Assembly (NCBI RefSeq): GCF_009914755.1
Contig: NC_060925.1
Strand: one strand, 5' to 3'
DNA length: 64,000 bases
Origin: the human T2T-CHM13v2.0 reference genome, Homo sapiens
Shown: piece after piece, positions 40,781 through 56,195 of the stretch
How the letters are laid out: each line of letters opens with the position of its first letter
Position numbering within the stretch: the first letter of the stretch is position 1
Translations under genes and position numbers: made by a program
Notes under the pieces: model-generated
What the model was told of the DNA's origin: nothing
Seen by the model: the letters and a program-made list of their open reading frames with translations, nothing else
Database searches by the model: none

Positions 40781-41839
40781 AAAATTAGAGATTTAGAAAT
40801 TATAGATGTCTTAATAGGTAAGTAGTTTAATGTTTTAGAAAAAGTAAATATTTCAGAACTTGAAACCTGGTAGTAGAACACAGACTAGTGTAACATGCAT
40901 AGTAAGAATGTAGTAGATAGATTTTGTAGTAGGTAGATTCTTGGGAGCTAATGTGGCCTCTTTGCCAACCAAGTTATCTAAGGAAGTGAACCTGCAGTTA
41001 CTTCGTCCTCTCAACTCAGAGCATCCCCAGACTTCACAGTGACTACAGAACTTCAGGCACCCTGTGTGAGAAACTGCATCCCCTCTGGGATCCCTCTGAA
41101 TGATTGTGTGTGTGTCTCTTACACAGATTGTTTGCTGATCCAGTGTCAACTGAAGGAAGACAATCTTGGAAATGGTTCAGACTCTCCATCTTCTCAAGTC
41201 TCAGACTGAGACCAAGTTTCCTTTTCTGATTTAGCTCATTTGGAGTAAGAGAGACCAGGCTTTTTGAAATGTACCTACTTTCAGTTTTCTTATCTTTAAA
41301 GCAGGGTAATAAGATTTACTTTTCAGAGTTGTTTCAGATTTTAAGTAAGAAAAATCAAATAAAAGTCCTTTTTATTTTAAATTGCAACAATTTTTAAGGA
41401 TTATATTTTTATTCTTTAGCTTTCTGTTTCCTTTGAAAGTTTTGCTATAAATTTTAAGTAACGTTTTTATTTTTTATGTTTGTTTAAACTGGGAATTTTT
41501 ATACTTCAATAAAAGAAGACTCTAATATGTAGATGTTTTTTAAACACTTCAAATGAAGGTTTAAAACAATCAGTTTTTCATAGAACTTGACTCTACACTC
41601 CCTACTTTCTATATCTGATTTATTTACACCTAATGAAAACAAATAGCCTATGTATATGAATTGTTATGACACATATTGCCATCTTTTGGTTGTTTCTAAA
41701 TTTTTTCCCCCAGCCTCCTTCACACCCATTTCTTCTAAAACCTTTTCAATTTTGGAGGGACATGTCAATCCCATATAATGATCCTTCCTGCTCTTGGTCT
41801 ATCACAGTGACATTCCTGATACACTGGACTATTAGTGGC

Positions 41840-42362
41840 AGTGTCAATAGATTGTTGACAAAGATGACTGCAATAATTTGTTTCATTGTCACAGGGAAAG
41901 AGACTTTACTGCTTCTTAATCAAGATAGGAAGCCCATTTTCCCTCCCTTTAAATCTGACCAGTTTGTGACATGCTTTGGGTAACAGAATATGAAAAAATG
42001 GCACTGTGCAAGTTCCAGACCCAGGCTACGTTGCAAGTTCCACCTTGGACTTCTTAGAACTTGAGTCCACTATTCTGTGAAAAAGTCAGTGTGGCCTACT
42101 GATGAGTGAAAGCCCACAGAGAAAATCTAAGGTGTTCAAGCTGACAGCCAGCACCAACTGGCTGAAAGTTGGTGAATGAGACCCCTTGAACTCCCTAAAT
42201 CCAGTTGTAGTGTCTGTGACTGCAGCTGCATGAGGGAGCTAGATGAGAGGAGCCAAGAATTGCCCAGCCAACTCATAGCATTACGAGAAAAAAAATGTCA
42301 TTGTTATTTTAAGTCACTAAATGTTAGGGTAAAATTTTAAGCAGTAATAGGTAACTGAAACA
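41840..42362 (+). mobile_element. MLT1 (G/H-like) MaLR LTR
   Basis: GACAGCCAGCACCAACTG and TGACTGCAGCTGCATGAG; ends TTTTAAGTCACTAA...AATAGGTAACTGAAACA. Confidence 0.75.
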
Positions 42363-43725
42363 AGGTGTTCATGAGGAAAACAAAGAAAAAGATGCAACTA
42401 CTTTTCCCAATTCTTCAATGTACAGGTCTCAGCATCTCCAGACTACTTTCTTTCCAGGAATCTCATCCTGCTTTTTTACTACAACCCCTAGGTATAAATC
42501 ATATTCCTTTTGCTTGGAATGCATTAGTCCTTTTCATTCTTTATCTAATTTCTACTTATTCCTTTATAACACCGTACAGTCATTTTCTCTAGGGAGCTTT
42601 ACAAACCTCACCGCAATCTTTCTGAATATTCCTTGTCCTTTATTCAATTTACCATGTGCATGTCACTGTAACTTTTTATGGATTACTTTCTTATCTCTCC
42701 TGACTATACTGTAAGGTTTGGGAAAATGTCATGCTATATCTACATTTTGCTGCCACCATTCAATAAGTATGTATTTAACACATGGCTAAAATGTTCGTTT
42801 GTGGAGAAAAAGTGTACATTTTTTCACGAAACATAAGTGAATACTACTTCTAGCCTTTATGTGCATAAATCCTTTTAATTACCTTGTTTTATACTGTTGT
42901 AAAAGTAAAGTAGGTAACTTTACCTGCTTCAGGGTCTTGTTATATAAGGAAGTCATGGTTTATTATTTTCTCATTCACTAGTCAACTTGCTCTTTAAAAA
43001 AATGGTGCTGCTTTACATAAATATTTTAAGTAAATGGAGAAATTACAGAATTAATGTGAGAATTAGCTAGTATGATCTTTGCCCACAAATACTGTTGGGT
43101 GATGTGCTAGTCTCTTCTAAGATGTGAGCCAAAATATGGCTCCAAGATTTCTTGCACGCAATTTGAAGAGGGACACATTATCCTAAATGGACATGAAGTG
43201 ATATAATGACAAACATTTTTAACTATAAATAAGGAAAAAGGAGTGACAAACTTCCAAGGACTGTTTTTTTATTGTTCTTCAATTTAATCTCATTCTGTCA
43301 TGAACAAAGCAAAAGGGAATTCAGACAATTTTAATCTTATAGGAATTTTCTAATTGTGTGATTTAATCCAAAAATAGATTTTAGAGTTACTTAATGATTG
43401 CATGGACTGCATACTCTTCAGGCTATGCTCTATAAATATATTTCTTATGTTGAATTTTTATTAGAATTGAGAGACTAAGTTTTTTTGGAATACATTCTCT
43501 GACTGACATACACTGGATTATAGATTTTTTCCCTGCTATTAAATATATATCTTTATAAGAATAGCATTTTAGGAGAGATACTGAAAAAAGATTAGGTTGT
43601 ATTCATGGAGTCTGATCATGGTGACAGAAAAATCATTAAAGTTTTAGGGAACTGAGGAGTGTAACTCAGAGAATAAAGTGCAGAAAATAATACAATATAC
43701 ATACAAATCCTCAAATATTTGATAA

Positions 43726-44119
<394 letters not shown>

Positions 44120-46765
44120 GAAAGAAATTTTTAACACTGTAAATCATGCAAATATGATCAACACTATTTCAGAGTACCTCAATCATTAACAGATGCCAGT
44201 CTTCAAAGAGATATAACATTGAAATAAATTCATCTTCAATGAGGACAAAATAGAACAAATGTGGAGGTGCACGTGTGTGTGTTTGTGTGTGTCTGTTTGT
44301 ATATAATTGTTTACCACAGCTCATCCATATTTGACAACTATTTTTTTTAGAAATGATGACTGGTCATGGTAATCTTAAGTTTTTTATTTTAAAAGTATAT
44401 CCATTTTATGAATTTATGGTGTTTTTTTTGACTTGGACTTATCTTTGATTGGTTTTAAAAAGTAGTCTTGAAGTTAAGGTCCATAAACTCTGCAATAGAT
44501 GAAAATTGGGTGATAACATTCATGAAGAAGTTCAAGCAAATAATAAATGAAATAAGTAGGTTATTATGGGGTCACTATAATACAGGTATTTTTATCTCTG
44601 ACCCCAAACCAGTGGATTTAACTGATAGTGATCTTTTTTTGTAACACGATCACATCTATATATTTTCACTCTTCCAGATACAAGCTTTTGCTTCACCCTG
44701 TCACACCATCTCTCTCTTCTAGACTTAATAGGCTCCAAACTCCATATCATAAATTTCACACCCAGTGGCATGGAAATAAAACAGAATAAGTGCAATTTGA
44801 AATTTTACAACTGAAGATAACTCTCACACAGATAACATATAACTTCCATCTTCTGAGAGGAATTTTTATTTCATATTTTCTAATATAAGTACATGCTTGG
44901 GACACAAGATGTAAGAATTCATTTTTTTTTGTTTTGCATCTGATAGTAATTTAGTGTCTTAATGGCATGTAGTACTTCGTATATTGAACAGATGGCCATT
45001 AAAACATTGACATCCATGATAAATAATGTAAAGGTAGTAAAAATGTCCAGACATGATCGGATGTTAATGTCATTTTCATTGTTATTTAATTATTTTTTCA
45101 TATTTTCTCCTACGCTGTTAATATTTCATCAGCTAACATTTGCTTTTCCTGTAACTATTAGATAACTATTTAAAATTTAACACAGAATAGAATTGAAATA
45201 CACAGTTCATTGTTTTTAATCTATTTATGGCTGTGGAGTCTAAGAATTTGATCAAGCAAGAGATGCTCATATTAATTACTAATGTAAGACTAAAATATTC
45301 TAGGCATCTTTACTCTAACAGAAAAGAGGAGGAATGGAAAGAACAAAGTATATATCCATTTGCATGTAAAAAGGAAAGCACCAGTGTTATTTAAACAATA
45401 GTAATATACTCGCTTTTTGAAAAGTGCTTTTAGAATAATATGTCTATGTTCCATTCTAAAATATGGTGTGCATGTTACTGCCTAATCTCCTCTTTCTCAA
45501 ACAACATCACTAATCCTCCAACGCACTCTTCCCCGGCTGAACCCAGATGTAACTTCAGAATATTTCTCACCTTAATGCTCTAAAGAGCCACTACCAATCC
45601 ATAAGAATTGGCACTCAAGTTAAAATCAATTTGCTTTTCTATTTACTCTTCCAAATGGATCAGTAGAAGCTGGAAATTCATGCTGGAACACTAACATGAA
45701 TTTGGGAGACAGCCAAATCTTGGATAGTGAAGTTGTATGTAAACTACAATAGGGGAATTTCCGAGGCCTAAAATTATCCATCAACCTAAAGGACATCTAA
45801 TCTATAAAGTTAAAGGATATGCTTTCATTCAGCCTTATGACACTCAAAATCCATTATTAGAAACATTTAAGGAAATCCAAGACATTTCTAACTAATCCAA
45901 AGTAAGCATTGTCTAGGTCTTCTTCAATAAATAACTTACCTATAATGGATTCTATGGGTGAAAGAAAAATAGATGATAGCTTCCTTTAGTAAGTTTAGAA
46001 TTTCCTTTAAATACTAAGTACATGCCAGTCAAAAAACAGCGCTTTAATAAGACAAACAATAATCCTCCTCATGGAACTTACATTTTAGTTGGTGGCAGTA
46101 AGCAACACAGAATTAAACAAGATGGTTTTATATAAGCAAAAGTGCTGTGGTTGAAACTCAAAAAAATCATTGAGCACCTGAGGATGAACTGCCAAGATTC
46201 CCTGAAAATTCTTTCTGAAGTTCAGAGAGCTGATGTCAAAAAGGACAGAGCTGGGATATGATACCAATGTCAATGTTATTATCATTCAATTGAGTTGCCT
46301 ATTTCCAATTTTGTTAATATGATCATGGTGTCATGCTTTCATAGAAACAACTGAAGGAATTGACATCCAGGAAGATAAAATAGTATGTGCAAAGCCATCA
46401 AGCACGAATGGCACAATGCATACTTTTGCACAGTTAATGATTGACATAAATCAATACATTCAAAAATTTTCAACTGCTTACAATTTATTCAGAATGTTTA
46501 CTCCAGAGAGAATAAATTCATGACCAAATGGAATATAATCCACTGCATATCAAGTACCCATATGCTGTTATTGGTTCTCTCAATGTAATTATTCAAACTA
46601 CTATTAGTAGTGGTATATATTTATTCAGTTAATGAGCTCACATGTTACTTTTTTGTCTATCATAACTATCGGCCTCTTCATTGGGACAAAAATTTTCCTC
46701 TGTCTGTGGGATATCAATAACTCAAACATGGTTATTAAACATCAATAATTTGTATAATAATTTCT

Positions 46766-47244
46766 GCAAATAAGTTTAAAACATTGGAAAAAATCATAAT
46801 TACCATAGTTATTTCCTGAAGCAGTGGTCAGTGAGCCACCATCCATAGTCAAATCTGACCTCCTATTTGCTTTGGTAGATAAAGTGTATTGGGAACATGG
46901 CTATTAATTTACATATTATCTATGGCTACATTTTTTGCTGCAGCAAGGAGAGTAGAACAGTTGCAGCAGAGATCCTATGGCCTTGAAGGCCGTGTTTGAG
47001 TTATTGACATCCCACAGAGAGAGGCAAATAAGTTTAAAACATTGGAAAAATTCATAATTACCATAATTATTTCCTGAAGCAGTGGTCAGCGAGCCACCAT
47101 CCATAGTCAAATCTGACCTCCTGTTTGCTTTGGTAGATAAAGTGTATTTGGAACACGGCTATTAATTTACATATTATCTATGGCTACATTTTCTGCTGCA
47201 GCAAGGAGAGTAGAACAGTTGCAAGAGATCCTATGGCCTTCAAG
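46766..47244 (+). repeat. ~222-bp direct duplication (46766-46988, 47024-47244) with a 35-bp inverted insert at the junction
   Basis: Direct alignment: about 8 substitutions and one 2-nt indel; 46990-47024 is the reverse complement of 46697-46731. Confidence 0.95.
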
Positions 47245-47296
47245 CCTGAAATATTTACTACCTGGTCCTTTACAGAAAAAGTTTTCAAACATCTTG
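47080..47296 (+). mobile_element. MER58A (hAT-Charlie); partial duplicate at 46822-46988
   Basis: ATAAAGTGTATTTGGAACAC..., TATCTATGGCTAC, AAGCCTGAAATATTTACTACCTGGTCCTTTACAGAAAAAGTTT. Confidence 0.85.
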
Positions 47297-47574
47297 TGTG
47301 AAGGAACTCAGTAGTACTGGAGGAAAATTAAAACACCAACTTGTTTCATCAAAACCTTCACTGATAATTTTTTTCCTAAATTATCTTCATTCTTATTTTC
47401 ATTTATTTCTATACTTTAGACTTCACCTAAGCCAATTCAATTAATTCTATTTTTAGTTACGAAGAAATAGGACTCTTTATAATTTATTCTACAAAAATAT
47501 TCCTTTTGTTTTTCTAGGTCAAAATACTGCCTGATTCCTTTACCAAGTGGATCAATCTTTTTGGTTTGTTTTAT

Positions 47575-47828
47575 TTTGATTGTTTTCCATTTATGAGGTA
47601 CAATGTGATGTTTTTTACATATGTTTACATTGCGGAATGATTAACTTAGGCTAATTAACATATCTATCACCTCAAGTACTTATTATTTTTTGGTGAGAAC
47701 ATTTCAAATCTACTATTTTAGCAATTTTGAAATATACAATGCATTATTATTAACTGTAGTCACTTTTCTGTGCAATAGACACTAAAACTTGCTGCTCGTT
47801 CTAACTGAAACCTTGTACCTTTTGACCT
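47575..47828 (-). mobile_element. L1MA8/9-like 3' end
   Basis: GGTACAATGTGATGTTTT...GCTAATTAACATATCTATCACCTC...GCAATTTTGAAATATACAAT. Confidence 0.8.
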
Positions 47829-48769
47829 TGAGGAATTCTCCTTCTGTATCTCTCCTCTGGAATATTTTTGAAAAATATTATTTCAGTTTATGCAATAGAG
47901 TGCCCATATAAGTGAATTTATGCTGACAAGATGGAAGAGAATCTTTGGCTAACCAAAGGCACCCCACTTCTCATTTTGCTAGCAATTTTAAAAAACTAAT
48001 GCCAATATAAAGTCCCATGATAAACATGTGAATTCTTTCCAATAAAGAAATAACACACTGTTTTGCTATATATTTGACAAAAATATGTATAATATTATAA
48101 GTGTTTCAAAAAAAGAGTCACACAAAACTCTTAAATGTTCAGTGAAGGAGAAATCACTTCTACTCAGTTAAAAATTTATGGAATTGGTGATAATGTTGTA
48201 AAATTAAGATGGCAATAATAACTGATAATGGAGTACTAAGTATTTCAGGCCTACAATCACATTTTTAATTCATTTATTCAATAATCATTTATTGAGCAAT
48301 TTTTTGTGCTTCATTGTGCATCAACAGTGGTAAACCAGAGTATATGCTAATATCCTTAATAGAGTTTACTAGGTTGAGGAATTGATCAATAAGCCAATAA
48401 AAATAAGAACAAGGTATAATGAGAGGGAATGTAGCTGAGAAGAAAATCACTTAAAAAAAAAGAATCAACAAAGGTGAAAATTGGTGCTGGTCATAAATCT
48501 ATTTTATTTTGAATGATTTAAGGATTTCAATTTTCAATATTAACGTTGTGCAGCAATTAAAAATATTGCCACAGAAGCAAAGATATAGTTCTCCATCTTA
48601 TGAGAAACAGCTCCATTTTTTCTCTAAATTTTATTTATAATTCATTGACTTTTCACTGGAACTTTTATCTTGCCAATTATTACACAAGTATTTATTTTAA
48701 AATAAAAATCATGGCAGTTGTTTTAAATTTCATATCTCTGCCTTTTTGAAAATTCAGGCACTATGTCTG

Positions 48770-50560
48770 TTAAATCAACAAAGATTTTTGCGACTCTACT
48801 ATGTTCACATGCTGGTGATACTGCCCTGGACAGACATGCATGGCTCTTGCTTTCCTGGAGCAGACATTACAGTGGGTAAGAGAGAGAAAATAAATAACAA
48901 GCATTCAAGAAAATGTCAATATGTTTTCAGGCAATAGAGATAAAAGAGAGTGATATAATAGTGATTGAGATCTTGGGTAGGCATTCTAATGTAGACATTT
49001 GGTGCTAAAGGAAGTTCACTTTGACACAAGAATATGAAACTTAAGATTTAATGATAAATGAATCAATCTGTGGACAAATCAGATGAAAGACTCCTAAGAA
49101 GAGGAAACAGTGTGAAAGCTCCAGTGTAAGAATGAGTTTAACATATTTCTCAGATGGAAAACAAAATCAAAAACATAGTGGAGAGAGGACAGTATACAAA
49201 GGAGAAAGTGATAGTGCGTGTTGTAAGAGATGCTGCTAAAAGCCCAATCATGCCAGCCCTTGCATTCCATGACAAAGGGGTTGGGTTTTATTTCCAATGG
49301 GTAATAAGCTACTAAAAATTTTCAAGCATGTAGCTGACATCCAATATATATTTTAAACAGATTACTTTATTTGCTTCATGCAGAAAGTATTTGGGAAGAA
49401 TAAAATCAGAGAAACCACATAGGAGGTTATTTTACTGGTCCAGGAAAGAAAGGAGAATCACTGGGAGTCAAGAGTCACATAAGGTGAAAAAATGTGGAAT
49501 TTGGTTAATTTGTAGATGTAGAGTTTGTGGGATCTGATAACAGAGTACATGAAAAAGGGAGGAGAATGGAAGAATTAAGCAGCTGCTAATTTTATTCTAA
49601 GTACAAAGGGGTCACAGTGCCAATTACTGAGAAATGGAAGACTGAGAAGAGCAGATTTGCACAGAGACATCTGCCTACTTAGATAGATAGCATTTGAATA
49701 TTTGTCTTAGTTTGTTGGCTGCTATAACAAAATACCTTGGACTGTGGTAATTTATAAACAATAGAAATGTATTGCTCACAGTTCTGGGTGCTGTGAAGAC
49801 TAAGATCAAGACACCATAAGATTCAATGTCTGGTGAAGGCCCATTTCACACACATAGTACTTTGTTGCTGTGCCTTCACATGGCAGAAGGAACAAGCCAG
49901 CTCACTTCAACTACTTTTATAAGGGCACTGATCCCATTCATAAGGGTAGTGCCCTTGTGATCTAATTAGATTCTAAAGTCTCCATCTCTTAAAACCACCA
50001 CAATGAAAATTAAATTTCAACATGTATTTCTGCCAGTCACAAAGAATCAAATCATAGCAATATTTAAACCTAATATACACAGATGGGGTTAGAATTGGAG
50101 ACATAAAAATATAAAATTAATCAGTATACAGATTAATATTTAGGATGTGAGTTCTAAAAAGATTGTGCAGGCTAAGAAGGGAAGCCATTCCAGGACAGAA
50201 TCTTGGGGCATTCCCACATTTAAAAACTGAATGAAGAGGATGAGACACATTACAGTTGAACAAGGCTTAACACAATTTCTTGTTTGACCAGTGATCAGAA
50301 ATAAAAATCAGAAGAAAGAAGTGTAACAGAAGCCAAGAAAATAAAGTATTTTAAGAAAGATCAGTTATATCAATCACTACTGAGTGAAATACTGAGGTGA
50401 GGTTATTGTAATGATCATTGAATTTGGCAACACAGAGATTGGGTATTAAGAAAGGTGTCAGGGAAGTGATAGGAACAAAAATCTATTTAGGGAAGGTAGA
50501 TGAGACAATGAAAGGAGAGAAAGAGGTAATAGGAAATATAGGAAAATCTTTTAAAAAATT
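48770..50560 (-). mobile_element. L2a fragment interrupted by MLT1A
   Basis: TCAACAAAGATTTTTGCGACTCTACTATGT start and extended purine-rich L2 body; boundaries approximate. Confidence 0.65.
49703..50059 (-). mobile_element. MLT1A/MLT1A0 MaLR LTR
   Basis: TGTCTTAGTT..GGCTGCTATAACAAAATACC...CACAGTTCTG...AAATCATAGCA; 5-bp TSD ATATT (49698-49702, 50060-50064). Confidence 0.85.
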
Positions 50561-52829
50561 CGAAATATCTTAATAATTAGTTTCACAATTTTGTCCCTGA
50601 TAATAGGTCTTTTGTAAGTTGTGTGCACAGTGTACATACAATGGAAGTTATAATACACAACATATTTATCATTGTGTAGATTGTAGATCAAAGTTACTAA
50701 GTATATACTTTAAAATATTTATGGCACAAATAACTGTATATGTAAATGAAACTATCATACCATTTTGATCTGTTTTCTGCTAACATATCTTTTCATTTGG
50801 TCATGAAAAGTGTTCTGGTTCTCAAGGATAATTTTGTAAAGCATACTTAAAATACATTAAATATGATTTCTTAATTTTAGGAAATGTAGTTTTGTGTTCA
50901 TAAGAATATGGAAATATACTTAAAAGAGTTATAATGATTCACAATTTATTGAGTACTAAATGAAAATATGCAAGTGGATATATTAGAAATAGATTTACAC
51001 AGCTAGCTTGTAATATTGCCTGGATTATTGATTCCTTTAGATGTGATTATGACTTGCATTTATCATGATGCTAGAATATGAAATATATAAGCTATAAATA
51101 CAGTTTTAAATGTAAATATAGAACTGTGATTTTTGATTACTTAAATACATTTCAAGTGTTAACTGATATTTATAATTTTGAGATATTAATTTTTAGAGTA
51201 TCTATTAGCTGCATGATCTGAATGAATCCTATCAACATTCAAGTTTTTAAATTAATCAGAATTATAGTACTGTACCTTATTTTATTAATATTCACAGCTA
51301 AAGAACCGAATATAACCTTTTTATACTGCAGAAGACAAAATTTATTGCAAGATTACAGCTGTTTTCAAATCAAGCATTTCATTTTAACATTTCTAATTTA
51401 AAAAAAATTCCTTCTTGGCTTTGATGGATTTCCTATCCTGCTTTACTTACAAAATAAATAATAGATGTTTTGATATTAGAGTCCTCTGATAAGTAATTCA
51501 GTACATTTGAAAAATGTTAGGATAATATTACTAATTTATTTTGCTTCCTGTTAATAACAAAAGGGGTGTAATAATTGTGAGATAGAATCTCTAGGCTACA
51601 ACTTGCAAATGGAGCTTGAGCCATCATAAATCATGCTGCCTGTTTTTATGCTATCGTAATTAAGAAATCTCCACTGTATCCATGATCAATTTTTATCTTT
51701 TGGGGCTTTCTTATGTCATAAAACTATGTCTGAGCACAACTTGAAAGGTTACTATTTGGGGAAAAATAACTTTTAAGAATATGCAAAGAAAAAATTGCAA
51801 ATACAATATTTTATATTAATGGCCTCCCTATTAACAAATGAGTCTATTTAAAGATAAATGGAAAACAATACTTAAATATATGCCAGAAACTGTGAAAAGT
51901 CTGAAATATTACCCCACTTGCACAGTATATATCAAGTACATTAATGTGGATCACAGTAAAGAGCTTTATTATACTCACAGCCCAATCAACAATCCTTTGA
52001 AGTAATATGGCTGTCTGTCCGTACATACCCAGTAACCCTGAACAACAATATTATTGAAAACCAAATGGAAAAAATATTCTACAGACATTGTGAGCTCGCT
52101 GTATAGCTAAGGATTGGGAAAATATTAATTTCCTCCTTTTATAAAGGGGAAAGATATTATTTTCTCCCCTTACCTTCTGAGAGAATTTCTTTGGAAGAAA
52201 AATAATGCTCTAGCCTAGTTGTCTATCTGGAAATGTAAACTTTGGGCTCTTAAAGAGACAAGGGGAAGTTTTTTGAATGAAAGCCATTAGCTTGCTCATT
52301 AAGATACTGATCTAATCCTCATTACATGTAAAAAATAAAATGTTTCTAAGGGAAGTGAAAGCAAGTATTCTCTATCTTTACACTATATGTATTTCCAGTA
52401 CTCAAGAAACTGAAATTTGTATAGAAACACTGAGAAAGCCATGAAAATTTTATTTTTCCACAATATATACACCATAAGACTTTAATTATTACTTTATAAT
52501 AGCAAAAGTCTTCTAAAATCTATAGTTAACCTCAATATTTTGTCAATAAAATTAAATTAATATTTATTCATATATAATGTTATTCTACGAGTGTGCTGTA
52601 CCATGCCATATAATTGATCTTGGTTTAAAATTACATAGTTCATAAAGTGCTTTTAGAGGAGAGTTTTTACTTTGAACTATGATAGGTTTAAATTTTTTAT
52701 CACTATTTATTTATATTAAATGTGATAAATTAAAGTTGGATAAAATGAAATTAAGTTGAAGGTTATTGAGCTTTTAATTTTGTATTTTTTTCAGAAAGTT
52801 TAATTTTAGTTTACCTGGAAGAATTACTC

Positions 52830-53098
52830 CTCTCTCTCTCTCTTTCTTTATATATATATAATATGTATATACACACACACACATATATACTCACATATAT
52901 ATTATGTATTTTATACATATATATTTCTTTGTATGTAGTTCATGCATATTTTGCATGTAGCTCATACACATTTTGTATTAGCTCATACATAATTATTTCT
53001 TTGTATGTAGCTCATACATATTTGTATGTAGCTCATACATATTGTATTTCTTTGTTTGTATTATATATATATAATTATTTCTTTGTATGTAGCTCATA
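52830..53098. repeat. Low-complexity (TC)/(TA)/(CA) runs plus degenerate TTTGTATGTAGCTCATACA tandem units
   Basis: TGTAGCTCATA-type unit recurs several times between 52930 and 53098. Confidence 0.75.
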
Positions 53099-55279
53099 TT
53101 CACTTGAAGAGTCTTTGGAGTGGAATAAAACAATGTTCACAATCGGTGGTAGTTTTTATTGCCTGTAAAGAGAATGCAATGATTTCATATTAATTTTTGA
53201 GATATGGAATATTTTAAGGAATGTAAGATAAACATTGAAATATCATGTGTAAAGATTATGAAAGTGTAATTGCTGTGTAATAATAACATGACTCCCTTGC
53301 ACATGCTGTTCTGGATAAGGTGGTAAGGTTCTCTACAATCTTGTACACTCTTCATTAGAAGTTTCACACTAGGTGGGAATGCATATCCTGGACGCTGGAC
53401 AAATATTGGTCTTCAGTTTTAGGCAGTATTCAGATAGATATTGGAAGTCAAGATTTATTTATATACTTTTAAAAGTTGGAATCTCAATGGATTATTTTTA
53501 AGCAAAATTGAACTAAGAACATTTTCCCTTTCTTATGCAGGGAAATCAGAGGACTCAGGCAGTTCATGGAGGCAGCAGGAATGTTGTTATTTCAAGGATT
53601 TGATGTACTATTTTACTTTTCTGTCCAGAAGTGCTTTAGCAAACACCAAGGAATCATATCAAAATATTTGAAGATTATGGGAAAAGAGAAGGTAAAGATT
53701 TGAACTTTGTCTTTCTAGTTGTCTTTTTCCCCTTACACTTGGTAAATACAATTCAAAGAAAGAAGATTAACTCACTCTATTAAAATAAGCTGTTTAATTT
53801 TTGAGATTATGAAATGATTATTTATAAGAAAATTAGAAAAATTTATAGCAAATTTAGAAAACAAATAAAAACATAAAAAGTAAACTTTATCAATCATACC
53901 TTAACTGCTAAAAGAAGCTACAAGATAGCAACATATATAAAATTTGTTTTATTATGTGTACATACATATTCCATAATTTAGATTATATAACATATTATTG
54001 GATCAGATTGGATTTTAGTGTCATGCCACAATCAATATTTTATTTCATGGAACACTATTTCACATCATAATACCAAAGGCATTAGGGTGTCAATTAATGA
54101 AAATATTTTCTTTTTGTAAATTTCATGTTTATGTTATTTTTCAATATTTTAAAATTTCTAACAATTTTTCTCATTCTTAGTAAATATTTGCACTTTCAAA
54201 AATTACTTTAATTTTAATTTGTATAGATACATCAAATTTGGGATTAAATACACATTGCTCCAATAACTAAATCTTTTTCAACGTATATTATTCTATAACA
54301 CTACTGTGTTATTTTCCCCTTATTTCTTATATTTTGCTATCAAAATAGCACTGAATTGAGCATTCTCCTTTACAACTAATTACTTAGCTATTAATTATTT
54401 TCATTTTAATACCTAGAGTTCATCTATTAAGGGATCTGTATTTAAGAAGATACCTTGATAAATATTGTAAAACTGCAATCCTGACAGGTTGTACTGCTTT
54501 GCTATTTTGAGGCTACAAAACTGGACATTTTATTATACCCTGATGAGTACTGGATGTTATTTTCTAAAACATTTTCTCTGTTTGGCAAGATAAAAGTGTC
54601 ATTTAATCTGTGCTATCGTGTATATCACAACAATGAATGTCATTCCATGTATACTATAATGTGTTTTGATCAATGGTAATTTGGAAATTTTTGTCATATG
54701 CTATTGGCAATTGCAGTTCTTCTCTTGTGGATTTTTTGAACATGAACTTTCCAATAGGAAAATCAGAGTAAATTGGTTTTCAAAACTCCCTAGAGCATTA
54801 ACATCGTTTGTGATATCTATGAAAATTTTGTATTGATTTGTTATGTACATTTTTATTTTACTTGTTTTAAATTGTGTACATCACTGAAAGAAAAGTAAAC
54901 TATATTGTAGATTTTTGTGGCTTATTTTAATTGTTTGATGGATATAAGATCCATCTTGATCCTGAGATCAGACAATATTTTCCTTCATATTTCCTATGTG
55001 TCTTATGCTCATGCAATGGTGGGTGGGGGTTATCATTGTATATGTGTTCATATAGTTTGCCCTTTTTCTTAGCAATTTTTAAATAATTCTTATTTTTTGA
55101 CAATTTGTGATGCTATGAATTTTCTACAAATATTTTGTTAGCTTAAGGTGTTCCCTCAGTGATACTTCTGTTTTGACTGGCTGAATTGTTCATTGTTTTG
55201 TATAAAATTCAACCATTTACATGGATTTATAACATGTTTTAAAATATGTCAAAGCAAGTTTCCCTTTGTTTTTCTTGAC

Positions 55280-55660
55280 TTGTGGCACATATATACCATG
55301 GAATACTATGCAGCCATAAAAAATGATGAGTTCATGTCCTTTGTAGGGACATGGATGAAGCTGGAAACCATCATTCTCAGCAAACTATCTCAAGGACAAA
55401 AAACCAAACACCGCATGTTCTCACTCATAGGTGGGAATTGAACAATGAGAACACATGGACACAGGAAGGGGAACATCACATACCGGGGACTGTTGTTGGG
55501 GAGGGGAGGGGGGAGGGATAGCATTAGGAGATATACCTAATGCTAAATGACCAGTTAATGGGTGCAGCACACCAACATGGCACATGTATACATATGTAAC
55601 AAAACTGCACGTTGTGCACATGTACCCTAAAACTTAAAGTATAATAATAAAAAAAAGAAA
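55280..55660 (+). mobile_element. L1PA4-like 3' end, 5'-truncated
   Basis: TGTGGCACATAT...GATAGCATTAGGAGATATACCTAATGCTAAATGA...CCCTAAAACTTAAAGTATAATAAT plus A-tail; no TSD seen. Confidence 0.92.
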
Positions 55661-56147
55661 ATCTTTCAGCTTTTCTTTTTCTTTCTACCTTGATTTATAC
55701 ATTTAAGAATGTTTTTGTCATAGTTTCAAAATAATTATTATAAGCTATTGAAAAAGAAGTGTCTATAAATTATGAAACAATAACTGATATTCTTTAGAGT
55801 CATCTATTAGAAAATATAATCAGTCCCTTAAATTTGTTTTTTTAACCTGTGTATATTATAACACTTTGTCTTTCATTCCTTTTATTTTTTTATATCACTT
55901 TTATTATATCTGTTATTGAATAGGTAAAATAAGTTATGTTAATTATTATCTATTGTATGTGGGAAGGTTGTTGATAGTAGAATATGAGTTTTAATTCCAG
56001 TCACCTTTCTGCAGAACTCCTTATTCTCAGTTTTTCACTTCCTCTGAGAGGCAGCTATTGTTGGAGGTGGAGATACTAGCAGGCAATTATGTCATCACAT
56101 CAGCTATTAATACTAATATTTATGTCATTCCAACATTCCAAGTATAT

Positions 56148-56148
<1 letters not shown>

Positions 56149-56194
<46 letters not shown>

Positions 56195-56195
56195 A
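56149..56195. repeat. Compound (TC)n(AC)n microsatellite
   Basis: Directly visible. Confidence 0.95.
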
